From positions 18,414,001 through 18,478,000 of the forward strand of contig NC_087257.1 in the NCBI RefSeq assembly GCF_037042905.1: a stretch of DNA of 64,000 nucleotides, read 5' to 3'. The position numbers were made by a program, and so were the translations under genes. Of this stretch, positions 24,362 through 36,300 are shown in pieces. The DNA comes from Lytechinus pictus. Lineage: Eukaryota. Numbering within the stretch: position 1 is the stretch's first letter; each line of letters starts with the position of its first letter. Under the pieces are notes generated by a model. The model made no database searches. It was not told where the DNA came from and saw nothing but the letters and a program-made list of their open reading frames with translations.

Positions 24362-27300
24362 CTATGAAAAAAAGGGGCGGAGTGAAAAGGAGAAGAAATG
24401 AAGATGAAAGGACAGTCAATAAACAAAGGGTGCGAAATACCTTTGATATTTTGTTTGTAAATGTAAGGAAATAATGCACCTTTATGAATCGCGAGGCGGA
24501 TCATCCCGGATTGGCAAACCGAGTCATATATCCGTATCAGACCCTGCATTACCACAATACAGATACGCTGTGACTCATTATGGCGCCATACCCGGTGTAC
24601 CGGCATTTCCCGGGGGCGGGGGAATGAGCTTGCTGAATTTTCACCCCAGTCTGCCCGTATACACCGTGACAAATTATCCGCTGTCGTCCTGGTACACAAT
24701 GGAGGATCAGACTATTGTAATAGGATGGGCCCGGGGGGGGGGGGGGATTGGTTGAAAATAACCTAAGGCTGATACCATATTTTTTGTATTATATGTGTAA
24801 TCTAGCTACACAGAGTCTATCATGTCCATACGCTTCAATCTTTCTTACATTATTCCGCCATTTTTAAAAACTAGTTGGCAAAACCACAGAGGGTTCCTGC
24901 CCCCCCCCCTTGTCCCCCTCCCTCGTCCTACCCTCTGTGGCACTTCATTGACGCGGAAAAGGCCATATTTTTTCTTTGTGGACGAACAAAGTATCAATCC
25001 ATGGGGGGGGGGGGTGTCCACATAATAATTATAGTAATATTCCACTTTTCTGTAGCGCTCAATACATCGGAACGACATCTCGCAGCGCTTTACAGATATA
25101 TTATTACCCCGGTCATCGGATCCTGGCATGCCTGCATACAATGTATGCGCTTTCTCCACTCCCTGGGGAGCATTCCACCGAGAGTTTTAAGACTCGATTG
25201 CTAGGCATACTACACAGGATTTCGCTTCATACCGTGTACCCATTTAACACCTGGGTGGAAAGTGGCAAAGTGTGGATTGACGCCTTGCCTAGGTCGCGGT
25301 GGGATTAATAATAATAATAATAGGCATTTATATAGCGCCATCTATCTAGAAATATTTTATTCCGAAGCGCGTTGTTATTATTATTACCCCGGCTTTATCT
25401 CGAGCTGCCTTTAAGCGCTCATGCATTCAAGGAATTAATCCTGCCGGGTACCCATTCACCTCACCTGGGTTGAGTGCAGCACAATGTGGATAAATTTCTT
25501 ACTGAAGGAAATTACGCCATGGCTGGGAATCGAACCCACGACCGTATGTTTCAAAGTCAAAAGACTAATCCACTGGGCCATAATGCTCCACATTCGAACA
25601 CACAACCCTCTGATTACGAGTCGAGAGTCAGAACCGCAAAACCACGACGCTCCCACACATGCGTCAGATTGAGAACATAATGAAGAGAGCGAAAATTATC
25701 GTAGGGTTATACACACGATGGGAATTTCCAAAGATGTTCACAACAAAAAAATGACAAATTTCAGGGTCAGATTTGTATGCATTTCAGATATCCAGGGTCA
25801 TAGGAGAAGACACAAATATAATCTTTTCAGCTTCTGAAATGTCACTCATCGTAATTTTTTTGTTTGATCGCGTTTGAATCATATTTATTCAGTCAATGAC
25901 GTATGTTTGCAGGTTAAACAATATTGTTTATTTTTGTTGACAAGTTAAGCAATGCATGTTTTCTTTGGACATGTATTGGTGTTAAAATTGAAATGAACAA
26001 GGTCGGCTTTGGGGTGATGAACTTTAGGGGTGATGAACCCGATCTGAAAGGCGTTTACGTTTTGGTAGCATTTTCAGAGTTATTTAATTCAACGTTGTTT
26101 ATTTTGAACTCCACACACTAAGTAGATTGCTGCCCTCTCGAATGGAAGTGGGTAGACAAAATATTCAGAATGTGATTTTAACGGATGCATTTGGGCATAT
26201 ATAGGGGGGAAGGAGATGGTGGATACCATGAACTTAATTCTCTACCTCCTCTACTTTGCCTATATATTCTTCTTCTACTCCAAACCAACACAGATATGTT
26301 TCTCCTCCTCCTCATACTCCATCTCCTGTTTTGCCTTCTTTCTCTTAATCTTATCCATCACACTTTCTTTCATTTATGATTTTCAGGAAAATGCAAAACA
26401 GACACAGACACATTGATGAACTAAACATTAATATTTTAAACGCTATATCGATCTAATTATGACAAAATTGAAATAACACGTACCTGATCGTCTGCCGCAA
26501 TGACAGCATCCCCTACATCTCCAGCCTTTGAAGGTAGGCGAGAAAGGCAAATACGAAAAGAAATCTTTGCTTCGAATCCATGCCATCCCGAATGGTAGTT
26601 CGTAGCAGCGAAACACGAGATCGTTAACGGCATCATCCTCCTCATCGCCTCCCGAGAAACGCTGCCAAGCACCGATACCTCTTTCCTTTTTAGTTCCTTT
26701 TTGTTTGAACAAAATAGTAATTTGACACATTCTCAGAACATTTTGCGAGTAAACTTTGAAGGATTTAATGGCTGCATTTTGATATGAATAATGTCTAAGT
26801 AAATAATTACAGAAAAGACTCAAAACCCGAAACGTACCATCAATGTCATCATACTTTGGTTGGGAGATTATATAAAAAATTGGAATCTTTATCAAAAAAT
26901 TGACATTATCTTCATCAAAGTCGTTTTCGTCGTTCGCTCATTNNNNNNNNNNNNNNNNNNNNNNNNNNNNNNNNNNNNNNNNNNNNNNNNNNNNNNNNNN
27001 NNNNNNNNNNNNNNNNNNNNNNNNNNNNNNNNNNNNNNNNNNNNNNNNNNNNNNNNNNNNNNNNNNNNNNNNNNNNNNNNNNNNNNNNNNNNNNNNNNNN
27101 NNNNNNNNNNNNNNNNNNNNNNNNNNNNNNNNNNNNNNNNNNNNNNNNNNNNNNNNNNNNNNNNNNNNTTGATGGAGCCCTTTGACCTTTCATCTGTTGG
27201 AAATGATGCGGATATTTAAAAAAAAAATGCTCGAAATAAAACAAATAATCACGTTATTCTCACCCGGTATCGTGTTGTCAAGCAGGAATCCAAAGAATCC

Positions 27301-30300
27301 ACCCACAAACATACCAGTCTTGAGCAGTACCACTATGATCAGGTCCAACTCACTCAAACCTAAGGAAATAAGACACAAATTTGGGCATCTTTTAACAAAA
27401 TACGGAAGCTTTAAAGCGCCATTCTTGACGATTTGTATCTTTTTCAAGGGCGACTTTTATAATATTATGAGTCCTGTCGCCATGGTGATTGGCAAGGTAC
27501 CATGTCGTCATGATGACAACTATTTGTAATATGTCGGCTTGAAAAAAATAAGTCGACATGATTAGAACATTGAGCTTCTTCAAGTAGAATGGCATTTTAA
27601 AACTTCCATATACATAAAGTATGCTATTAATGCAAATTTTGACTGAAGTTTATATTAACACCAAATTTGTAAAGGACAAGTTTTATGAAATGGGTCCCCT
27701 TAAACTAACTATATTTGAAGATTTGAGGTAAGAATTATTCGAAACTGATCGAAAATCATTAATAGAAATTGGGATACAAGACGAAAGAACAAGACACATT
27801 TTGAAAATTCTTGTTCATGACTTTTAAAAGTAAATAACTTATGCCTATCTAAGAAAAATTTTCTCGATTTATAACAAATATGACTCTCACAAAAAACGAT
27901 GACCAAGCTCGGTTTACGATTCCACTTCATATCCCCTTCCACACCAACAAAAATAATATGCACAAACTTTCCAAAATATAAGGTTATGATATAAATCTTA
28001 CAAACGAAAACAAATCTTACCAGTTTTAATGTACTGATCATTGTTTCCCGATTTCATCCAGTTTGGAATACACAAACCCATGAAGAGAGAGAATCCGAGA
28101 ATGAATAGGTTTCGAGATGAGTTGAGGTCAACGAACTGTAAGTTGGACAATCCCACCGCTGCCACCATTCCTAAAAGTTTGTAGAAACATGGCTACCACG
28201 TAAACAATATATTCATATACCATTTTATTTGAATATTTGACGGGCCTATACCGTACCTCAACCACACCAAATCAGTTCTTGAAAATATTTGTGAAAAAAA
28301 ATTGTATGTAATGCCAGTATTGATGGTATCACTGTTGAATAGCCAACATGACTTATTTAATGGAGCAAATTGTATTCAGGGCACTTTGTAACTGCAAGAA
28401 AAACAAAACAATTATAGAGGGGAGGATAATGCATTATGGGTCTTCAGTTGGGACCCTCTTTTTCACATGATTGCTAAGAAAGCATAAATGCTTGAAAACA
28501 AGCAACCAGGGGACCTAGGAGAGGACCTTGATCTCATATCAAGATTTTGTAATTCGACTCTCTAAATTGATAGCACCGATGTAGTGTAATGAACTCTAAC
28601 TTAAAAGGGATACACTACATAAGAGAGATAGAAGGTTCTTACTTACCAAACATGATACAAAACATGCCACCTACTATCGGGTCAGGTATCATAACGAAGA
28701 TGGCGCTAAACTTTGTAAATGTTCCAAGAACAAGCATGATGATCGCTCCATATTGAATCACACGGCGACTACCAACCTGTAGAGAATCAAAAATTTGAAA
28801 TTAGAACGAGATAAAAACATAAATGTACAAATTGAAAGAAAATTAAAAGGTAAATCACTTCTTCTTCCATTTGCCTCTTCCTGTCGATTTCAAAAGTTGA
28901 AAATTTTTCATATTCTGTTCAGAGTTTTCTTGCATATACATTCTCTGTATTATTACTGCTCCATATCTTTTCTAAATTCGTTTGCACAGTTTCAGCAAGA
29001 ATTTTGCTGTTTAATTCGGGAGATACAGCGTATGGAGGCTTTCTTTGAGAACAATAACAACTTTTCGTTTATCTGCATCACCTTGAAGCAACTCTCATAC
29101 TCGATGAAAATTTGACAATTCGAGAAGTTTGTCGGCAATCATATTTAGATTCCTCTTTATCATGACTGTATAATTATGATTGGTACACGAACTTTTAAAT
29201 GGCGCCATTTCATAAAAATGTTATCAGTCTCTGACTAGTACCGTAGCAACAACTAAAACTGGTGCTTCTCAGCCAATCAAAATCAAGGAATTCACTGAAG
29301 TATTCTAGGTGATGACTACCTCAATGAAACGGTGCCAATAGCAAAGAATATTTATGACATATAAGATATGAAATGTAAAGTTTTGTTTTACTGAATGTTT
29401 ATTCATTGAAAAATTGGATTACACAAGCATTGAAAAAAGATAATTAAAAATATTAATACAAAGGCAAAAAGGGGGAAGACACAAAATCAATAAAATATCA
29501 CACAAGAATTACCTTTGTAATTCCGATAGCACCAATGTTCTCACTGTATGACGTCGTTCCGTTCCCCGATCCGATCGCCCCCGCGATCATGCAGGCGATA
29601 CCTTCCATACCAATCCCACGATTCACTGCATGGTTGGGAGGGGGCGGGGCTCCAGCTAGACGTGCGCAGCCGTAGTAGTCGCCCACGGATTCGACCATGG
29701 AGGCGATGACACCGGCGAGCATGCCGAAGACTCCGGCGACGGTGACGGTAGGGAGACCCCATTGACCTGCAAGAAAGGATCACGGGAGTCTGAGAGATTA
29801 AATATCCGGTTATAATTAAACAAAATCCTCATTTCATATCAAATTTCATGACCTTCAGTTGGTCGGGGGAGGGGCCCGGGAGGGGGGGGGGCAACAAAAG
29901 AAAATGGTAAGCCCTATCTACTTTATTTTTTCAATAAAATCATAATAAGAGTATAATAATTTTCTATTTTCTGTTGGAAATGACGTACATACGGAAATCG
30001 GAGTAGGTTTTTAATAGAGTGAAATGACCAAGATCTCCGTTTTTATGCTCATCATTCTTCTTCTCTTTCCCCCTTTGTCCTATTCCCTCTTCTTTCCCGT
30101 ATCTTTTCGGTACTCTAAAAATATCAGCATCGCCACCCCGGACATTCCACTATTTTGACACAACAGCAACAACAAATTTAGACATTATTCTCTAGTATGG
30201 TTTTTAGTGACATGATGATGCCTAATGAATATTCATTGGACTGTGCAATCGTTGATGGAAAGAGCAATGAGAACATTTTTGAGAAGAGAGGGAGGGAAGG

Positions 30301-33300
30301 AGGTCGGGATAGATGTGGAAGGAGGGAGAGAGGAAGGGAGGGAGGGATAGATAGAGAGTGATGGAGGGATGGATGGGTTTAGCTGGGGAGGCAGATATAG
30401 AAAATATACTTGGAGTTGGGTAAGAATACAAGAATTGTATATCAGTGCACACAAATTGAAACTAAAAAATACATATATTAAAAACATTAAAAAGTAGTAA
30501 TGTGATTAAGCACAGCATACAAGAAGCTTCCATACCGGGGTACGGAACTCGAAACCACGATGCCTCCTGTAGAACTTGAAGTCGAGTGTCGGTCCTGGCT
30601 TGGAACCCGTAGTCATCGCTCTCGGTCGGAAAGACGTTCGTGGCCGTAAGGATGGCACAGAAGATCCAAGAGATTAGGATGGCTAAAATAACCTGTGTAG
30701 ACCATCAACAAATTAGATGAGGCAAACATTTAGAGGTCTGAAGGTATTTGGAAAATAAACGAAATTTCCACCAACTGAATCGTTGAGGAGGTGCCGTGAC
30801 CGAGTGGTCGTGAGGCGAATTTAGGCAAAGACCCACAGAAAAAAAAATAAGCGCCCAAACTATGTTATATTCTAATTTTTACCGACATAACTATAAAACA
30901 CAATTTTATGCAAAGTTTATTGAAAATGGAAAGGATTTGATAATATCTGTGGAATGTCCTGAAAGATTCGAACTCCTACCTATGTTCAAGGTGACACAAC
31001 ATGAAACATTTAACAATCGGAGTGTGTACATTACTTATGCTTTTTGTAAGTAATGGGGATGTCTGATTTTATTTATTTATCTATCTATTTATTTATTTAT
31101 TATCATTATTTTTTTTTTTTTTGGGGGGGGGGGAGGGGGCCACTTACGTCACTCATCTTTGTTTTGGTATCTGATAAACAATGTCCCCCCTTTTACCATG
31201 AACTTTTTCTTTGAATTTAGGTGACTATCGGGTTGGTTTGACTTTATACATGCCAATTATGAACGAATATTGACAAATGTAGATTTTTTGCTCACTTGCT
31301 TTGCTCGTATGCAATTTTACTGAAAAAATGCACGATTGTTACAAGTTTGGTCCATTTACATTCGTACTGACCAGTAGCATCACTCATAAAAAGGGATCCA
31401 CAATGTGCAATAATTGTGCAAAAGAGGGGGAGGGGGCTCCCCTCCCTTATCAGCACGATCGAGGTATAACTAAAATCGCACCAGTCTTATCTACAACGTC
31501 AAAATTCGTTCCAGTTGATAAAAGAAAATAAGTTTCAGCTTCTGAGATAGCTCGAACTATACCGTAGATGGCGGAAGACCACAATATTCCGCTATTCTCT
31601 TTTACTTCGATGTCCTTCTTGGCAATTTTGTCATACTGATGAACAGTCATATCTCATGGTTTTAAAATTAAATACGAGCAATTTTATCTGAGGTCAATGA
31701 CTCTAACCTGACTTCTTTGTCAGGGGCCTTTCCTATAACATGCCCTACAAGCAGGATGTGTCGGGGAAATGGGATGCCCAAATACCATCCATATTCGTGA
31801 TCAGAGGTAATCAATAATGCAATTGTTACCCGCATATAAGCAAACTTGATATTTATCTACACCTTTTTAAATGATGTATCTGTGCATTTTAACATTTTTC
31901 AATATGACCTTATCGTAAAGGTCCTGTTATATGTATACACAAGTTTATTTGGATTAATACAATGGAACATTGTACTAAATTCAATCAAATCGGGCGTTGG
32001 ATAAGAAGGCTACAACGTATCTAAATTTCATTTTTGTTTCTTTTAATGGTTATATATGCATGGTTTTATTTGCTTATACAAAAAAGAGGCCTTTATATAA
32101 AACATTTTTTGGTAGAATTTCAGGTTGACTACTAGCCGGTTACAACATGAAGGTGCTGTAGCCGAAAACATAATGCAACTCAGTCAGAAGATCAAAATAA
32201 TAGTCACAACTACATGCTTCTGATTACCGGTGAAAAAAGGTGAAGTTTGGTTGCTATAGAGTTGCGTTTGATTGCAGGTTTGAATGAATGATTGATTGAC
32301 TGATTATTGTGGTTGATTGACTGATTGGGGGATTGATTGATTGATTGATTGATTGATTGAGAGATTGAATCGTTGATTGCTTGGATTATCGGTTAATTAT
32401 TGATTGGTTGATTGATTGGTTGGTTGATTGATTAATTGGTTGATTGATTGATTGGTTGGATGATTGATTGATTGATTGATTGATTGGTTGGTTGATTGAT
32501 TAATTGGTTGAAGCGCCGTGGTGTAGCGGTTCTGACTCTCGCCTTGTAATCAGAGGGTCGTGTGTTCGAATCCCACCATGGCCTAGCGTCCTTTGGCAAG
32601 GCGTCAATCCACACTTTGCCACTCTCACCCAGGTGCTAATTGGGTACCGGTAGGAAACAACCATCATTGTGGTTGGTTTAGCATGTGTGCGCCTAACAGG
32701 CAGCTTGAAATGCTCGAATCCAGTGACCGGGTAATAATAATTGTGAAGCGCTTTGAACAGTCGTAAATTGATAAAGCGCTATATAAATGCCAATTATTAT
32801 TATTAATTATTATTGATTGGTTAGATGATAGATTGATTGGTTGATTGATTGATTGGTTGATTGATTGGATGATTGATTGATGATTGGTTGGTTAGTTGGT
32901 TGATTGATTGATTCATTGGTTGATTGATTGATTGATTGGTTGGTTGGGTGATTGATTGATTGGTTGGTTGGTTGGTTGGTTGATTGATTGTTTGACTTTA
33001 TGGACTGACTGAATGACTACTCACCGGGAATAGTTTAAAGATGAAGACGTTCTTAGAGTGGCATCTATTTTCTTTAGTGTAGCGGAAGAATGGAACCCCA
33101 AATCGTGCGATGTACTGCGAGAATATCGTCATCAATGCCATCGTCCTGATGGAGAAGATTGAATCTCATTCAATGTCTCCCTAGTCATAAGCTAACTTTC
33201 ATCAATAATGAGCTTATACAATCCATTGTTTTTTTTTATACTTATAAGATTACATTTAACAGTCATGATTTAATACAATATACTCAATAAAAAGTTGGAA

Positions 33301-36300
33301 GATGACATCATCCGCCTGGTCACTGCATATTCATGACGATCGGCATAGAATCGTTGCATTGAAATAATGCATAACTTTGTCCAACTTTTAATTACCTTTC
33401 AGGTTTTATTCTTCTAATTTCACTCACATTATTTCCAACGTGGAGTAGACCCTTCTCAAGTTAGATAACAAAAACTAAATTCGAATCTATTTCTCACTAG
33501 ACAACCTTTTTTTGTTTTACAAAATCTTATTTGATAGCGAACGTACGACTCAATTTAAATTCCTTTAATGAGAAGTTCATCATGTTCACCCTGATAGGAA
33601 GTTGCTTTTAATAGAAGCAGATTTATTTATTTTTATATAGAAAAGTACAGTACTGTTGAAGATTCAATGAAAATCCGTTCAATAATAACGGATTTATGAA
33701 TCTTGATATATGGGGAAGGTGCTCGAATATGAGGTCACAAATTTGAAACTTTAAATATTGATCAAACCGTCACCAATACTTTTCTCCTTTTATCAACACC
33801 AACTTTTCGTCTGGGTAAACTTCAAGTTCCCCTTAAAGTTTGGCTTGCAAAATCTAGCTCTCTACACGGTTCCATTCATTGAGCACCCTGCTGCCCCCCC
33901 CCCCCCCCTGAAAAAATGCGCACAATAAAAAATCGTTTCTGAGAAACTTTTGTGTACATGTGATCAACTTACATGAAAGCAATACCCCAATGGCCCGACG
34001 CAAAGTCCGCTGCCTCTTTGAAGAGGGCGAGTCCTATCAGACATATGGTAGGGGTGATGGAGAGGGGGCCAATAAAACGAAGCATGATGCCGATGGTCCC
34101 GGTAAACCCTATCACCACCTGTTGATAATAATAGAGGTAAATAATTGATTAACGGACAAGTCTAACCCAACAAATAGTCCACCTGATCAAATAGAGAAAA
34201 ATCCTACCTGCATAACATTGAAAATTTCACCAAAATCGGATGTAAAATAAGAAAGTTATGACATTTTAAAGTTTCACTTAATTTCACAAAACAGTCATAT
34301 GCACATCCTGGTCGGTATGCAAATGGTAGACCGATGACGTCATCCACTCACCATTTCTTTTGTATTTTATTATATGAAATATGAAATTGATACAACGATT
34401 AATTTCTCTTGAACGTGTGGAACTAGCATTTTTTAATAGTATATGGTTCAGTCAACTTGGTTCTTAAGGTCAAATCTGTAAAAAATGAAATAATGTATAA
34501 TTCAAATAATAAAAAAACAAAAGAAAAAGTGAGTGATGAACATCATCGACTGATTAATTTGCATGACACTGAGTTGTGTTTTGTGAAAAATAAGATAAAC
34601 TTAAAAATGCTATAACTTTCTCATTTTACATCCGATTTTGATGAAATTTTCAGCGTTATGCTAGTTTGATTTTTCTCTATTAATTCAAATGAACATTTAT
34701 CTGGGGTGGACTTGACCTTTAATTTTTTCAAATGATAATTATGATAATCATACAATATCTATTAATCATACTGATTATTGCAAACGTTTCTCAAATACCT
34801 GTGCTTTATAGATGTGTTATTCATTCATCTAAGAGCAGAATATACTCATCATTCTTATGGTCAGGACTGCTTTCTGGTGTTTCTAAGCGTTGCTTTAGGA
34901 ATTTTAAAGGCGAGTATTCATGAAGTTTCTTCTAACTTGGTGGGACATACTCATTTACTTCACCTGGGCGGGGAGAGGTAGATATAGTTTAGACGTAACG
35001 ATTATACGAACGAAAATTACAGACAATCTCAGAATATCTCCTTTTTATTTCCTCTCAAACATCGGGGAACATGATACTAGAAACCGATATTTCTTAAAGA
35101 CACACCCTATCAATAATAATAACTTTGTTAAAAGTCAATCAGTAATAGGTGACATTTAAAATAGGTAAATGCCATGAAAGGCATACCATTATAGGAACAA
35201 AGAAAGAGAGAGAGAGAGAGAGGGGGGGGGGGTGAGTGAGAGAGAAAGATAGATTGTTGAGGGTGGTGGTATAAAAATATTAAAGGGGAAGTACCTAACA
35301 TGGTGATAAAACAATGATGCCACATCATTTTCATTCGGACTTGATTTTGTGATTTCTGTGAAACTCGTTTTCTCAATGACGTAATAATAATTATTACAAA
35401 AGAAAATACCTGAAAGAGGGATGCCACCATGATGTCCCCCTGTATCTCCCTGATCCTACTCTGAAACACCTCTGTTTGGTTCGCTACCTCTTCTACCGAG
35501 GCGTTTACTTAAAATAAGAACAGAGAAAGAGAATTAGTTCCGTTGCAAAAATAGGAATTTGTAACAACGGCTATTGTAAGCAATTTTCGCCTGTATTCTT
35601 TAAGAGGAAAACGTGATACGTTCTTGTTTCTTTTCTTTCGAAATAGCGATCAATGTTCTTTTGAATCTGAGCCTCCGGTCGCTCAAGTACTGAGTTTCTA
35701 AATTTTAGGGTCCACAAGTAGGGTTGGATCAAGGGTTTCCCCATCGTGGGAGCACAGAATATCAATACACTTTCTTTTGAAAAAAAAAAGAGATATATCG
35801 TTGCTTCTAACCACATGTTACCAATTTTGTACAAGTTGTATGTTCCAACATGTCCAAGCCTAGGTGGTGGTGGTGGTGGTGGGGGGGGGGGGGGGTAAAC
35901 TCTCTGCCCGAGGAAACAAGATCCAATACAGTAGTGGGTAAATATCAAAATGGGCGTTTCATCAACGGTATACGGATTTTACACTCTGTCTGAACGAAGG
36001 TTTTGATGTCTAATATGAAATCTTACCAGGTAGAGGAGGCGGACAGGGTCCTTTCACACTCAAGATAGCAAATGTTGGTGCCAAGAAAGAGAATGTTCCT
36101 CCTTGTACGATTGGTAGTCTATAGAGTAAAACATGGTAATGATCATAATGTTATACTTATATTTTTTAATAAGATTGTGATATTATTTACACTGGGATGT
36201 TACTGAAATATGTGTTGGAGACTTGGGAGTACTGGTTATTTTTTCTGAAAATGACATTAAATCGGCTTTGACTCTGCACCGGCGGTACCAATAATGGTAA

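Noticed and set aside
26860-27244. ORFs spanning N runs (also 39867-40166)
   Set aside because: Artefacts of assembly gaps.
32510-32585. tRNA-like sequence with A and B boxes
   Set aside because: No proper acceptor stem; it continues into a SINE body and tail, so it is a SINE head rather than a tRNA gene.
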